Notes: generated by a model from the letters alone, not told the origin. DNA of 64,000 nucleotides from an uncultured Thermoplasmata archaeon (GCA_963771555.1 CAVYTM010000001.1:332859-396858), one strand, 5' to 3'; positions 1 to 10,782 are shown, counted from the first letter of the stretch. Made by a program: numbers and translations.

Positions 1-3
1 GCC

Positions 4-3000
4 TTGCCCCAAGCGCCCAACCCGACTTCGAGCTTGTCTGGCCATATCTCGAGTCTTCCGAACCTTGCTGAGCAACCGGCGTGGGCTCAAGCGCTCGTCC
101 ACCCGAACTCCAAGGTGGCGCCTACCACTTCGCTTCCCAATCTCGCCGCGATCGAGAACCCCGCTCACGCGGTGAATGGCCTCGTCTACCCCGGCTACGT
201 GGCTCAGCCGGCGCCTCTGGGCGTCGCCGACTACGGTCTGGGCGTGACTCCCTACTCCTACAACTCCTCCTACGTTGCGGGCATCGTGACGCTCAACGCA
301 CCGCCGAACGTGACTCAGCCCGGTGCCTTCGGGGTCGTCAACCCGACAATGACCGGCGAGCACTTGGGCTACGTCGGCAGCTTCTGGGAGTTCGGCATTC
401 AGCTGAACACCATTGGCGTCAATCTCACCATACCTGGTACCGACGACCAGGGATACGTATGGGCCCAGAACGTCGTGAACTGGAACGACACCAGCCTTCA
501 CTTCGTCCAGGACTCCTGGAACTTCAGTCTCAATTCGGACGCTGGCTGGAACCTCAACTCGATCTACTCGGGTTGCGGCACCAACACCGCGGGCGTGAAC
601 TATCTCCTCGAGGAGTACGGCGGCGTCCTCCAATGCTCCGAGGGGAACGTGCCGATCACCGCCGCGGATTACCCGATCACCCTGTCGCTCTACAACAACT
701 TCACGACCAACTCCAACAATCGCTCGCAGCTCGTCTACGGGTACAACATCTACGAGGCCGGCTCCGGCCACGACCTCTCGGGAATTGCCGACACCGTCGT
801 GTTCAACAACACGGCCCCCTCCTGGCAGAACCCCAGCGCGCCGGCGAACAACCCGGCCAACACGGTGAACCCGTTCGAGCCGACTCCGACCTACGGTCCG
901 GGGTTCGGGTTCTGGCAGGACAGCGAAATCGACATCGTCGGCGGCATCGGCGGCGACAACGCCATGTTCCGCTCGATCAACGGAACGGTCAACCTCGAGT
1001 ACACCAACACGAGCACGGGCACCTGGAAGAACGTGCCGTCCGCCTACAACTTCGGCTCCGACACCGGCGAGACCGCCGCGGGCATCGCCGACTACTGGAC
1101 GACGGGCCACCAGCTCGTCATCAACCAGGGCCCGACCCTGCTCTACGGTCTCTGGAACGCCGAGCCGGCTGTCTCCGTCCACTCAGGTGACATCCAGGTC
1201 GCGGGGACGATCTCCCCGTCCTACGGGTTCGTGTTCATCAGCAACACCGCGCCCATCCTCAATCCGTGGACGACCACGGCCCAGGACAACATGAGCTGGC
1301 TACCCACGACGAACGGCGGCTCGTTCAACACCTACCTGCCGCCTCTCACGGCTCCGTGGACCACGACGTACTATGTCCAGGCGTTCGCCGCCGGCTACGC
1401 AGAAGCGAACACGACGGTGACGGCCGGGACGAACTCCCTCGCGATCGCCCTCACGGCCGCCCCGGGTACCATCGAGGCGCCGCTCGACATGTTCACCGCG
1501 GCCCAAGCGTCTGCCTTGGCGGCAGCTGTCGGTGCTTCATCGTCCGCGCCGTACACCTTCAGCAACCTCGTCGTCAACGAGAACTTCACGTTCGCCCACG
1601 TGAATGACTACGAGTTCCCCGAGTTCGAGGTCGTCTACGCGTCCGGCGTGAACGACGTCGTCGTCAACAACACGTACCTGGGAACCGACTCCACACCCTT
1701 CGGGATGAGCTACATCACCGACGGCGCTCCAGGCGGCTCGACCGGCACCCTGGTCCCCGCCCCAGCGGTGTTCCTTGACTACCCGTACTACACCTCGGAC
1801 ATCAACATCTACGCGGGGTCCCATGACCAGGTGACGAACCAGGATATGGAGAGCCTGTACATGGGCCACGGGTCCGACGGTCTCGGAGTTACTCTCTGGC
1901 ACGACACGGACGCCTACCTCAACGACTCCCTCGCGCTTGGATCGGGCTGGGGAATCTGGGTCGGTGACTCGGTCGGCACCGTGATCGACAACACCACCTC
2001 CGTCGAAGGATGGGGTGTCTCCGAGTTCACGAACACCGGTACGCTCGTCGACAACCTTTACAGCGTCGACGGAGGGAGGGGTATCGAGACGATCGGCGGC
2101 GTCGGCAGCACCTACAACTGGATCAACGCGACGCTGGACTCCGAGGGCTTCGAGGTCGGCGTCGACTTCGGTCCGTTCTACAACGGCCTAGGATACCCCG
2201 GCTCGACGGGCCTCACGGTCGAGAACCTGAACGTCACCGAAGCCTCGCTCGGAGGCAACCTCACGAACTCCGACCCGACGACGTTCACCAACGTCCAGGT
2301 CTGGGACCCCTCGGGCGAGTCGCTTGGCCTCCAGCTGGACGCGGACGTCGGGGTCTCGGTGACCGGGCTCGTGGCGAACGGAAGCGAGGCCATCTCGGCC
2401 TGGAACGTTACGGACCTCACCCTGAACGACCCGCAGATCCTGAACGTGTTCCTGGGCGTCCTGGGGCATTTCGTCACTGACGCCGTCATCAACTCGGCGA
2501 CCGTCTACGACGCGTACGGCGGCTTGGTCTTCGAATACGGGAGCGGTTTCACTGCCTCGGGCCTCACCGAGAGCGACTGTGAGTTCTGTGCTGAGCTCGA
2601 CTACTACACCACGGGGACCACGACCGTCAACGGCGTCAGCGTGACGGACAGCAGCGTCGGGTTCAACTTCGACTGGTCGAGCGGCGGGACGTTCTCGAAC
2701 ATCGCCAACAACCTAGAGAACTGTTTCGTTATCGACTGTTCGGGCCTCGACTTCTACGCCTCGACCGGCAGCACGGCCACCGGAGTGACCGCGACCAACG
2801 ACTCGCTCGGCATGCTCCTGTGGGATGGGGCGACCGGCGATTCGGCCACGACGGTCACGTCGAACACCGGCTCGACGGGTGTCACCTTGAATGGCGCGAA
2901 CGGGAACTCGGTCTCCGGGGTCACCGTCAATGACGCGCTCGGCGTCCTGATCGAAGATTCGTCCGCGGACTCCGTCACCGGTGTCACCGTGTCGAACTCC

Positions 3001-3222
3001 GGTGAGGGCGTCGACGTCGAATCGTCGACCCACGTGACGGTCACGACGGTCAGCCTCGGCGACCCCACCGAGGGTGTCTACTCCGAGTTTTCGGACTACC
3101 TGACCGTCACGGGCATCACGGCCACCAACGGCTCGCTCGGGGTCTACGCCTACGAGAACTCCTGGACTACCGTGAGCAGCGTGACCTTGACGAACATGTC
3201 GGTCGGCGTCTACTCTGAGTAC
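4..3222 (+). CDS. Giant surface protein, part 1 (5' end probably cut by the window edge): thermopsin-like (peptidase A5) domain followed by parallel beta-helix repeats. The frame is lost near 3222-3223.
   Basis: The +1 frame is open from the window edge and shows no signal peptide. PAPLGVADYGL ... GIQLNTIGVNL ... YVWAQNVVNWNDTSLHFVQDSWNFS resembles the thermopsin signature as I remember it. Later there are tandem ~22-aa beta-helix turns (VTATNDSLGMLLW, VTSNTGSTGVTLN, VTVNDALGVLIE, VTVSNSGEGVDVE). After 3222 the +1 frame becomes Arg/His-rich nonsense while the repeat continues in frame +2. Confidence 0.7.
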
Positions 3223-3223
3223 C

Positions 3224-4789
3224 TGGTACTACACCTTCGTGAGTGGCGTCACGGCCACCAATACGACGTTGTCCAATCCGTTCAGCGGCGGAAATGCATA
3301 CGTCGCCGATGTGGCCGCCATCACCACCTACGAGGACTGGTACGACTCGATCTCGAACGTAGCGGTGACGACCTACCCGGCCGCCCTGTACGACTACTAC
3401 TCCCACGTCCCGGGCGTGTCGAACGTCAATGCGACGTCGAGCTTCTTCGGGATCTATCTCGAGGATACCTACGGAGGGGTGTTCACGGGTATCGGGGCGT
3501 ACAAGGACTTTATCGGGATGTATCTCGAATACACCGAGTACAACACCATCACCCAGAGCTCGTTCGTGGACTGCACGAGCTACGGTGTCCAAGCGTACGA
3601 CGGCACGTACGACTACATCTACGACAACAGCTTCATTGGGAACAACGGGGCGACCGGCACCTACAACGCGGCCCACATCCAGGCGTACTCGGGCTACGGC
3701 AACGACTACTACTACTTCGAAGACGTGGGGAACTACTGGTCCGACTGGCACACGTACACCCAGTACGGCAACCTGGCGCCCTACCCGCTCCAGGACGACA
3801 ACTGGGACTACTACCCGCTCGGCGGGCCGGAGGGAACGGTTGGGGTGTTCTTCTACGAGAATGGGCTGGCGTCCGGGACCTTGTGGTCGATGACCTTCAA
3901 CGGGGTCATGCAGTCGACGTCCCATGACTGGCTCGCCTTCTACGTCCTGCCGGGAACCTACGCGTTCACCACGGGCAGCGTGGCGAACTACTCCGTAATG
4001 CCCGGCTCGGGCATGGTGACCGCTTCGTCTGGGTTCATCGACAACTACGTCACCTACACGGCGCTGTACAACGTGACGGTCACTGAGACGGGCCTCCCCG
4101 CCAACACCCCCTGGAGCGCGACCGTAGGTGGCGTCACCGCGACGGGAACCAGTCAAGCGCTGGGTGTGCCGCTGGGCTCGGGGACCTACGCCTACCAGAT
4201 CACGCCAGTGGCGGGTTACACGGTCTCGCCGTCCAGCGGGATGCTGACGGTCGTGAACGGTAACTACAACCTCGTCGTGACCTTCACGCAAGTGACGTAC
4301 GCGGTCACGGTGACGGAGAGCGGTCTGTCGAGCGGGCAGAGCTGGTCGGCGACGGTGGGCGCTGACACGCAGTCCTCGACGGGAACGGCGATCACGTTCT
4401 CGCTCGCGAACGGAAGCTATACCGTGAAGGTGCTGAACGTGAGCGGCTACTCGGTCTCGAACGGTGGCAGCGTAGCGGTCACGGTGAACGGGGCCCCGGC
4501 CGGAGCGTCAGTGACGTTCTCGCCGAGCACGACCACCTCGCTCGTCTCGTCGGACACGTTCAACATGTGGCTCGCCGTCGCGATCGCGATTGCGGTGATC
4601 GCGCTCGTCATCGCCTTGCTGGCGGTGTTCATGCGGCGACGGCGCGAGGACCAGCAGCAGCAGCCGGCCCAGGCCTGGACCCCCCCTCCGGCAGGGTCGA
4701 CGGAAACGGCCGCTGGTGAGGCACCGGCCGCGGCACCCTCGGGCAGCTGGAGCGAGGGACCGCCCGCCGGGGGATCGCCGCCGAGCTAG
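3224..4789 (+). CDS. Giant surface protein, part 2: further beta-helix repeats, two ~85-aa Ig-like repeats, a C-terminal TM anchor and a Pro/Ala-rich tail.
   Basis: Frame +2 reads WYYTFVSGVTATNTTLS, continuing the repeat. DNSFIGNNGATG is NosD-like. Two repeats follow (YNVTVTETGLPANTPWSATVGG... and YAVTVTESGLSSGQSWSATVGA...). The TM helix is WLAVAIAIAVIALVIALLAVF, followed by RRRRED and a Pro-rich tail. The track ORF is 3239..4789. Confidence 0.7.
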   Translation, partial: WYYTFVSGVTATNTTLSNPFSGGNAYVADVAAITTYEDWYDSISNVAVTTYPAALYDYYSHVPGVSNVNATSSFFGIYLEDTYGGVFTGIGAYKDFIGMYLEYTEYNTITQSSFVDCTSYGVQAYDGTYDYIYDNSFIGNNGATGTYNAAHIQAYSGYGNDYYYFEDVGNYWSDWHTYTQYGNLAPYPLQDDNWDYYPLGGPEGTVGVFFYENGLASGTLWSMTFNGVMQSTSHDWLAFYVLPGTYAFTTGSVANYSVMPGSGMVTASSGFIDNYVTYTALYNVTVTETGLPANTPWSATVGGVTATGTSQALGVPLGSGTYAYQITPVAGYTVSPSSGMLTVVNGNYNLVVTFTQVTYAVTVTESGLSSGQSWSATVGADTQSSTGTAITFSLANGSYTVKVLNVSGYSVSNGGSVAVTVNGAPAGASVTFSPSTTTSLVSSDTFNMWLAVAIAIAVIALVIALLAVFMRRRREDQQQQPAQAWTPPPAGSTETAAGEAPAAAPSGSWSEGPPAGGSPPS

Positions 4790-4836
4790 GCCCGAAGCGG
4801 AGCGAACCGCGCCACGAAGCAACCCTTTCCTCTTCC

Positions 4837-4858
4837 CCCGGGCCCTTCGGGCCCGGGG
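4837..4858. terminator. Perfect 9-bp GC hairpin with a UUCG loop between convergent genes, followed by an AT-rich tract.
   Basis: CCCGGGCCC-TTCG-GGGCCCGGG lies between the stop of the surface protein (4789, +) and the stop of ribA (4935, -). The downstream sequence tgatgattattatgattcc is atypically AT-rich for this locus. Confidence 0.4.
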
Positions 4859-4934
4859 TGATGATTATTATGATTCCTATCTCCCGATTCGGAAAGCCCA
4901 GACCTCGCCACGACCCTCGGGCCGAGTCAGGCCC

Positions 4935-5657
4935 CTACTTCGGATAGGCCGACAGGTCGTCGTCCTGCTCGATCTCGAGAAGGTGACCCATGCGGTCGCG
5001 CTTCGTTTGTAGATAGGTACGGTTGATGTCGTTCGAGGGGATCTCGACGGGGATCCGCCCCGAGATCCGCACGCCGTGGCGCTCGAGGTCCTGGACCTTC
5101 GCTGGGTTGTTGGTGAGGATCTCGATCGAGCGAACGTGCAGGGCCTTCAGCATGTGGGCGGCGATTTCGTAGTCGCGCTCGTCCGGTCGGAAGCCGAGGA
5201 GCTCGTTCGCCTGCACGGTGTCGTAGCCCGAGTCCTGTAGCTGGTAGGCACGGATCTTGTTGACGAAGCCGATCCCACGGCCTTCCTGACGGAGGTAGAG
5301 CACTACCCCGCGCTCCATCTGTCCGATCCTGCCGAGTGACTCGAGTAGCTGGTCGCGACAGTCGCAACGCAGGGAGCCGATGGCATCTCCCGTCAGGCAC
5401 TCCGAGTGGACCCGAACGGGAACGTTCTCCTGGTCGACGACGTCGCCGTGGACGAACGCGGCATGGTCCTGCCGGTCGAGGCAGTTCTCGAACGCCACCA
5501 CCTGGTACTCTCCGAATCGCGTCGGAAGCTTCGCGAGCGCCCGAACGCGCACGCAGTTGTCGGGCTCGCCTTCGCAGCGGTGTTCGTCGCCCTCGCGGAG
5601 GAGCTGCTCCACCATCGGTCCCGGGATGCCCATGGCCGTTCGCCTCGGGATGGCCAA
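4935..5657 (-). CDS. ribA: GTP cyclohydrolase II
   Basis: VRVHSECLTGDAIGSLRCDCRDQL and LYLRQEGRGIGFVNKIRAYQLQDSGYDTVQAN are classic RibA motifs. Confidence 0.9.
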   Translation of the reverse strand: MAIPRRTAMGIPGPMVEQLLREGDEHRCEGEPDNCVRVRALAKLPTRFGEYQVVAFENCLDRQDHAAFVHGDVVDQENVPVRVHSECLTGDAIGSLRCDCRDQLLESLGRIGQMERGVVLYLRQEGRGIGFVNKIRAYQLQDSGYDTVQANELLGFRPDERDYEIAAHMLKALHVRSIEILTNNPAKVQDLERHGVRISGRIPVEIPSNDINRTYLQTKRDRMGHLLEIEQDDDLSAYPK

Positions 5658-5748
5658 CGGGGCCTGATAACGATTCAGGGCGGCCGGGGAGAGAGGGGAG
5701 CAGGTGGCGTGGGGGGAATCACGCCCGCCGGCTCCCTGAGGAAGCGAT

Positions 5749-6897
5749 TCAGGTCAGCACGTGGATGTTGTGCCGCGCGCTGATCTCGCGGAGCTTCTTC
5801 GGCCAGACGGTGACCGTGACCTCGCCGATGTGCGCTTTGCGCAGGAGCAGCATCTGGGTGCGACCCTGGCCGATGCCGCTGCCGATCGAGAGCGGGATCT
5901 GCCCGTTCAGGATCGCCTGGTGGTACGGGAACTTGAGGAAGTCGAGCTGCCCGGACATCGAGAGTTGCCGGCGGAGCGTCTCGGCGGTCACTCGGATCCC
6001 GCCCGACATCAGCTCGTGGCGGCGGTGCGTCACGGGGTTCCAGGTCAGGATGTCCCCGTTGAGACCGTGCATCGGTCGTCCGTCCTCCGAACGGGTCTCG
6101 GCGACCCAGTCGTCGTAGTCGGCCGCCCGCATCTCGTGCGGGAACCCGTCCTTGAGGGGCCAGCCGATGCCGATGAGGAAGAGCGCGGGATACTTCTGCA
6201 GGATCGCGGTCTCTCGCTGCTTGCGCGGAAGGTCCGGGTACGCGTCCAGGAGGTCCTCCGCGTGCATGAAGTGGATCTCCTCGGGGAGGTCGGGGTACCG
6301 CGGGTCCTTGAGTTGGGGAAAGAGGCGCTGGACGTGCTTCTGCGCTCCCGTGATGACCTTCCAGATGCGCCGGACGGTGTCCTTGAGGTAGTCGAGGTTG
6401 CGGTCCTCGACCGTGATCGCCTTCTCCCAGTCCCACTGATCGACGTAGGCGCTGTGGTCGTGGTCGAGGAAGTAGTCCTTGCGGACGGCCCGCATATCGG
6501 TGAGCAGCCCCTCGCCGGATTGAAGGTCGAACTGCTTCAGCGCCATGCGCTTCCACTTCGTGGCCGCCTGCACGATCTGAGCGTCGACCGGGTGGAGGTT
6601 GCGGTCGTTCGAGATATGGAACTGGATCGGCGTTCGGGAACCGTCCCGGTCGAGCATGTCGTTGACGCCGCTCTCCGTCTCGACGATGAGCGGAACTTGG
6701 ACCATCATCAGGTTGAGCTCCTTCGCGAGGTGTTCCTCGATGTAGTTCTTGACCGCGTAGATGGCGTGCTGGGTGAGGCGGGGGGAAAGGAGCGGCTCGT
6801 AATCGTTCGGCAGCACGTGGTCGACCTGCTCGTACGTGCCGATACCCGGGCCGGCCAGGTCGGCCCTCTTCCCGTCGGCGATATCGGTGGCGGACAT
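5749..6897 (-). CDS. asnA: Aspartate--ammonia ligase (asparagine synthetase A)
   Basis: The AsnA-like sequence includes LTQHAIYAVKNYIEEHLAKELNLMMVQVPLIV, VQAATKWKRMAL, DHDHSAYVDQWDWEK and GGIRV...SIGSGIGQGRTQMLLL. I chose the start at MSATD (6897) within track ORF 5749..6966. Confidence 0.85.
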   Translation of the reverse strand: MSATDIADGKRADLAGPGIGTYEQVDHVLPNDYEPLLSPRLTQHAIYAVKNYIEEHLAKELNLMMVQVPLIVETESGVNDMLDRDGSRTPIQFHISNDRNLHPVDAQIVQAATKWKRMALKQFDLQSGEGLLTDMRAVRKDYFLDHDHSAYVDQWDWEKAITVEDRNLDYLKDTVRRIWKVITGAQKHVQRLFPQLKDPRYPDLPEEIHFMHAEDLLDAYPDLPRKQRETAILQKYPALFLIGIGWPLKDGFPHEMRAADYDDWVAETRSEDGRPMHGLNGDILTWNPVTHRRHELMSGGIRVTAETLRRQLSMSGQLDFLKFPYHQAILNGQIPLSIGSGIGQGRTQMLLLRKAHIGEVTVTVWPKKLREISARHNIHVLT

Positions 6898-7055
6898 CGA
6901 GTTAAGGGGCGGGATGCGCGGGAATAAACTCCCCGTCAAGCCCGTTCGACACGACGGTTCCCCCACGGCCGCGACGTGGGGAAGCCTGCGGGCGGACGAG
7001 GTATCCTCGGATCCGCGCGGCCAATGTTACGAAGGGCCACGCGAACCGTTTCGTC

Positions 7056-8327
7056 TCACGCTCGATTGATCGCCGCCGGTATCCTCTGGCCGGCGTGACG
7101 AAGGAGGACGATCGCGGGGATCGCGGGGGCGATGAGGATGACCCAGATCAATAGCGGATTGGTTACGAGGGCGAGCACCACCCCACCGGCGAGCGTCGCG
7201 AGGATGCCGCCGATCGCTCCGAACGCGCCGAAGGCCCCGTTGTAGGAGCCGACCTCCTCCCGCGGTGCGAGATTGGACGGCAACGTCGAGTTCGGTATGG
7301 CGACGAGATTCTCCCCGAGCGTGAGGACGACCACGGAGACGAAGAAGACCGCGACCGGGAACGTGTTCCAGAGGCCCGCCGCGCCCAACCCGACGAAGGC
7401 GATCCCGTAGAGCGCGAGGCCCAGGATCCCGATCGTGGTGTGCTTCCATCCGATGACGCTCTCGGTCGTCGCGCTCTGCCCGAACACGACCACGAGACCG
7501 TTCAGGGCGAGACCGGCCCCCAGGAGCGAATACGAGACACCGAGGATGTTGTGAACGTACAGCGGGAAGATGATCGCCCATTGGGCGGCCACAAAGGCGG
7601 CCAACGCGAACGCCACCGCCACTTCAAGCGCGACGCGGTCCTTCGCGAGGACCCTCAGGCTCTCACCGAAGGTCCGCTTCGGGGGCGAAGGGGACGACGA
7701 AGGGGCGCTTTGCGAAGCGGGCGCGGTCACCAACGCCCTTCGGTCCCGGTCGCGCGGTGACGGTTCGAGCAGGAAGTAGAGGGTCACCGTCGATGCCGCA
7801 ATGATGGCCGACGCGACCGCAACACCGCCCGCAAACCCGATCACCGAGATGAAGAGGCCCCCGAGGGCCACCCCCGCCGCATACCCCGCATTGAACCCGA
7901 TCCGAAAGAGCGTGAACCCACGAGTCCGATCGGACCCTTCCCCGAAGTCGGCGATGTAGGCCGAGAAGGCGGGTCCGGCGACGGAGGAGATCGAGCCACC
8001 GACGGTCGCGGCCGTGATCGCGAGTGTCAGCGACTCGATGGAGAACGCGTAGGCGAGCAGACCCGTGGTCAGCGCCTCGCTCGCGAGACCGAGAAGCATG
8101 AGGTTCTTTCGGCTGAACCGGTCGGAGATCAGGCCGCCAACGACCCCGAACGGGATCTGGATGCTCCCGATGAACACGATGATGAGCCCGATCTCGACGT
8201 AACCGATGTTGAGAACGTTGTGGAGGTAGAGGGCGATGAACGGCCCATAGAGCGCGTTTCCCAGCATCCGAATGCCGACGCCAAAGGCCAGCAGTCGGAT
8301 GTTCCGATTCACGGCCGTAGCCCGCAA
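7056..8327 (-). CDS. MFS transporter
   Basis: About 12 TM helices are present, plus the MFS loop motif GGLISDRFSRKNLMLLGL. Confidence 0.8.
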   Translation of the reverse strand: MRATAVNRNIRLLAFGVGIRMLGNALYGPFIALYLHNVLNIGYVEIGLIIVFIGSIQIPFGVVGGLISDRFSRKNLMLLGLASEALTTGLLAYAFSIESLTLAITAATVGGSISSVAGPAFSAYIADFGEGSDRTRGFTLFRIGFNAGYAAGVALGGLFISVIGFAGGVAVASAIIAASTVTLYFLLEPSPRDRDRRALVTAPASQSAPSSSPSPPKRTFGESLRVLAKDRVALEVAVAFALAAFVAAQWAIIFPLYVHNILGVSYSLLGAGLALNGLVVVFGQSATTESVIGWKHTTIGILGLALYGIAFVGLGAAGLWNTFPVAVFFVSVVVLTLGENLVAIPNSTLPSNLAPREEVGSYNGAFGAFGAIGGILATLAGGVVLALVTNPLLIWVILIAPAIPAIVLLRHAGQRIPAAINRA

Positions 8328-8644
8328 GTGGCTCCTCTCTCCTGCCCCCGAATCACCTGGGTCGATGGAATCACCGTTTCTCGGGTCGAGACGCGCGACC
8401 CTCGTCGAGCGGCCTCGAAGGCAAATCTCCGGACCCGACGTTACCTGCGAATGGACCCGGTTTCGGATCCGTACCGATAGACATACCGCACCGTTGTTTC
8501 ATCGAAACGCCGAAGAAAAGGCCACCTCACTTCGGGTGTGTTCCGGAGGTTCGCACCCGCCCCCGGCCGGGCGCTCGCGTTCGCGGGCCGACGGCCGCGG
8601 GGAGCCTCCGAGAAGCCTCATAGCTGCGGGCGGCTCCCCGCACC

Positions 8645-8932
8645 ATGCCCTGGGTCGCGGTGAACCGGATAACGGTCGAGTCTCCCGCCGAAGCCGATCG
8701 AGTCGTCGAAGCCTTCCGCCATCGCGCGGGCAAGGTCGACCTGCAGCCGGGCTTCCTCGGTCTCGAGGTCTGGCGAGAGGAGGACGGCAAGGAAGTGATG
8801 GTCGCCACCCGCTGGGCGACGAAGGAGAATTTCTCCACTTGGGTCAACGGCCCCGCGTTCCAGGAAGCTCACCGCAAGGCCAAGGGAGGTCCCGGGTCCG
8901 CGCACGGGACCGTCTACGAGGTCGTGATCTAG
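8645..8932 (+). CDS. Antibiotic-biosynthesis-monooxygenase (ABM/IsdG-like) domain protein
   Basis: The 95-aa ferredoxin-like pattern reads VAVNRITV...FLGLEVWRE...VMVATRWATKENFSTWVNGPAFQEAH. Confidence 0.7.
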   Translation: MPWVAVNRITVESPAEADRVVEAFRHRAGKVDLQPGFLGLEVWREEDGKEVMVATRWATKENFSTWVNGPAFQEAHRKAKGGPGSAHGTVYEVVI

Positions 8933-8996
8933 TCGAGGGTGACACGGCCAACTCCCGCCGGCATCGCTCCGAGCGACCGGGAGATCGGTCCTCCCG

Positions 8997-9530
8997 TCAC
9001 AAGCGGAGTCCGAGTAGAACCTCGCCGCCCACGAGCGTCATGCGACTTCGCAGGCCCCAAGCGCCGAGACCGCCCTCTCGGAACCCGAGCTCCTTGCGTT
9101 CCACGGTCCGGAATCCTCGGGAGCGGAAGAGGGCGATCGAGGCTACGTTATCCTCTTCGGCCGCCCCGTACGCGACGAGCGCGTGTTCCCGGCGAAAGAG
9201 AGCGAGCGCGTCATCCAGCAGAAGGGCTCCAAGTCCTTCCCGGCGATGGGCTAGCGCCGTGGAGAGGTGGTACACATACCCGACTTCGGGGTCGAGCCGT
9301 TCCAGCACCGAGACCGCCGCGACCTCTCCGCGGATGACGGCCGCACGGACCCAGGTTGCGCTGCGCAAGGTCCTCTTGGCGTGCCAGCGGTAGATCCCTT
9401 CGAATCCGTCCTTCAGCGCCGGCACCGCCCGCTCGCGGTCGTCTCCCACGAGGTCGACCAAGTCGACCGAGCCGGCCGGACGTGGCCCCTGAGAACGTGC
9501 GGCGGGTCTTTCCGGGGGCTCGCTGCTCAT
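8997..9530 (-). CDS. GNAT family N-acetyltransferase
   Basis: The acetyl-CoA binding motif HRREGLGALLLDDAL and the C-terminal NVASIALFRSRGF are present. Confidence 0.75.
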   Translation of the reverse strand: MSSEPPERPAARSQGPRPAGSVDLVDLVGDDRERAVPALKDGFEGIYRWHAKRTLRSATWVRAAVIRGEVAAVSVLERLDPEVGYVYHLSTALAHRREGLGALLLDDALALFRREHALVAYGAAEEDNVASIALFRSRGFRTVERKELGFREGGLGAWGLRSRMTLVGGEVLLGLRL

Positions 9531-9654
9531 CCTTCGTTCTCGGCCGCAACGGAAGCCGTGGCTCCGCGCTCCCCGGCGGGTCGGCCCCTTGTCCCGTCGG
9601 AGTCCCCGCTGCCGAATAATAGTCCGTCGGTTGCTTCATGGGAGCGCCGACGGG

Positions 9655-10653
9655 ATGACCGGGTCTACGGGGCAGGGCACCAATCCTTCGTCCACGTCAC
9701 CCGTTCGTGTGACCCAAACCGACCTGTTACTGCTGGTCGCGTTGGGGGTTCTCTGGGGCTCCGCCTACGTCGCGATTCGGGAAGGGATCCTCGGAGGTGC
9801 CTCCCCCTTTCTCTTCGCTGGGAGCCGGTACGCGATCGTCGCCCTCCTGTTCGCGCTCGTGTCGGCCGTTCGGCGAGAACCGTGGCCGGGTCGGCGCGCG
9901 GCCCTCCTCTCCGCCGTCGTGGGCGGGACGCTCATCATCGGTGTCTACGGGGCCCTGCTCTACTGGGGGGAACAGTTCACGACCGGCGGATACGCCTCCG
10001 TACTCTCCGGTACGGCTCCGATCCTCACCATCGTGTATGCGCGGTCGCTCCTGCCCAACGAGCGACTGCGCCCGGCCGCCGTCGTGGGGATCGTCATCGG
10101 CTTTCTGGGGGTCGTGACGCTCGTCCTACCCTCTCTTTCCGGAGGGTGGGGGTCGAGCTGGGAGGGTCCCCTCGCGGTGATGGGGGCGTTCGTCGTGTTT
10201 CCTTTGGGGTCGGTCCTGCTTCGACGGTGGGGCCGGGGGAGCGAAGGAACCTGGCAGCTTTCGCTCCAGTTCGGTGTGGGCGCGGGCATTCTGGGCCTCG
10301 CGGTCCTGATCGTTCCCGGACCGGAGGCGTTGCCGTTCAACCTCGCCGTCTGGGGGTCGATGCTGGTGCTGGTCGTGTTCGCCTCGCTCGCCGGCTACGT
10401 GGTCTACTTCCGATTGCACCATCGTATCGGCCCCGGACGGGCCAACCTGGTCGCCTACCTTCTGCCCCTCGTGGGGATCGGGCTCGGCTCCGGCCTTTTC
10501 GGGGAACCGATCACGGTCTGGGAGGTCGTCGGATTCCTGCTCGTCGCCACGGGTCTCTCGCTGGTATTCGCTACGGCCAATCGGCCTCCGGGTCCCTCCG
10601 CCGGAACCGCCTCCGGACCGAAGGTTGACGCGAAGGAAGGCGAACCGCATTGA
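9655..10653 (+). CDS. EamA/DMT family transporter
   Basis: There are 10 predicted TM helices. The EamA-like N-terminus reads LLLLVALGVLWGSAYVAIREG. I took the start at ATG 9655 inside track ORF 9589..10653. Confidence 0.8.
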   Translation: MTGSTGQGTNPSSTSPVRVTQTDLLLLVALGVLWGSAYVAIREGILGGASPFLFAGSRYAIVALLFALVSAVRREPWPGRRAALLSAVVGGTLIIGVYGALLYWGEQFTTGGYASVLSGTAPILTIVYARSLLPNERLRPAAVVGIVIGFLGVVTLVLPSLSGGWGSSWEGPLAVMGAFVVFPLGSVLLRRWGRGSEGTWQLSLQFGVGAGILGLAVLIVPGPEALPFNLAVWGSMLVLVVFASLAGYVVYFRLHHRIGPGRANLVAYLLPLVGIGLGSGLFGEPITVWEVVGFLLVATGLSLVFATANRPPGPSAGTASGPKVDAKEGEPH

Positions 10654-10782
10654 CGGAGGGCCGCGGGCTGGTACGGTGCCCTCGGATGTCTCCGACCCTT
10701 CGCTCCTCCGCCGGGATACGTACAGTTCGTACCAGAGGGGGATAATTGAAGCGGCCGTCCCCACGCAAGTCGGGGTGCGGGA

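Noticed and set aside
4858-4864. GTGATGA (a C-box-like heptamer) occurs here and again at 15135-15141, suggesting C/D box sRNAs.
   Set aside because: There is no CUGA D box at the expected 50-70 nt distance, no C'/D' boxes and no terminal pairing.
4935-5657. A bacterial-type GTP cyclohydrolase II (RibA) occurs in an archaeon, where GTP cyclohydrolase III (ArfA) is the better-known route.
   Set aside because: RibA-type enzymes do occur in several archaeal lineages. There is no unusual context or fusion here, so this is ordinary.
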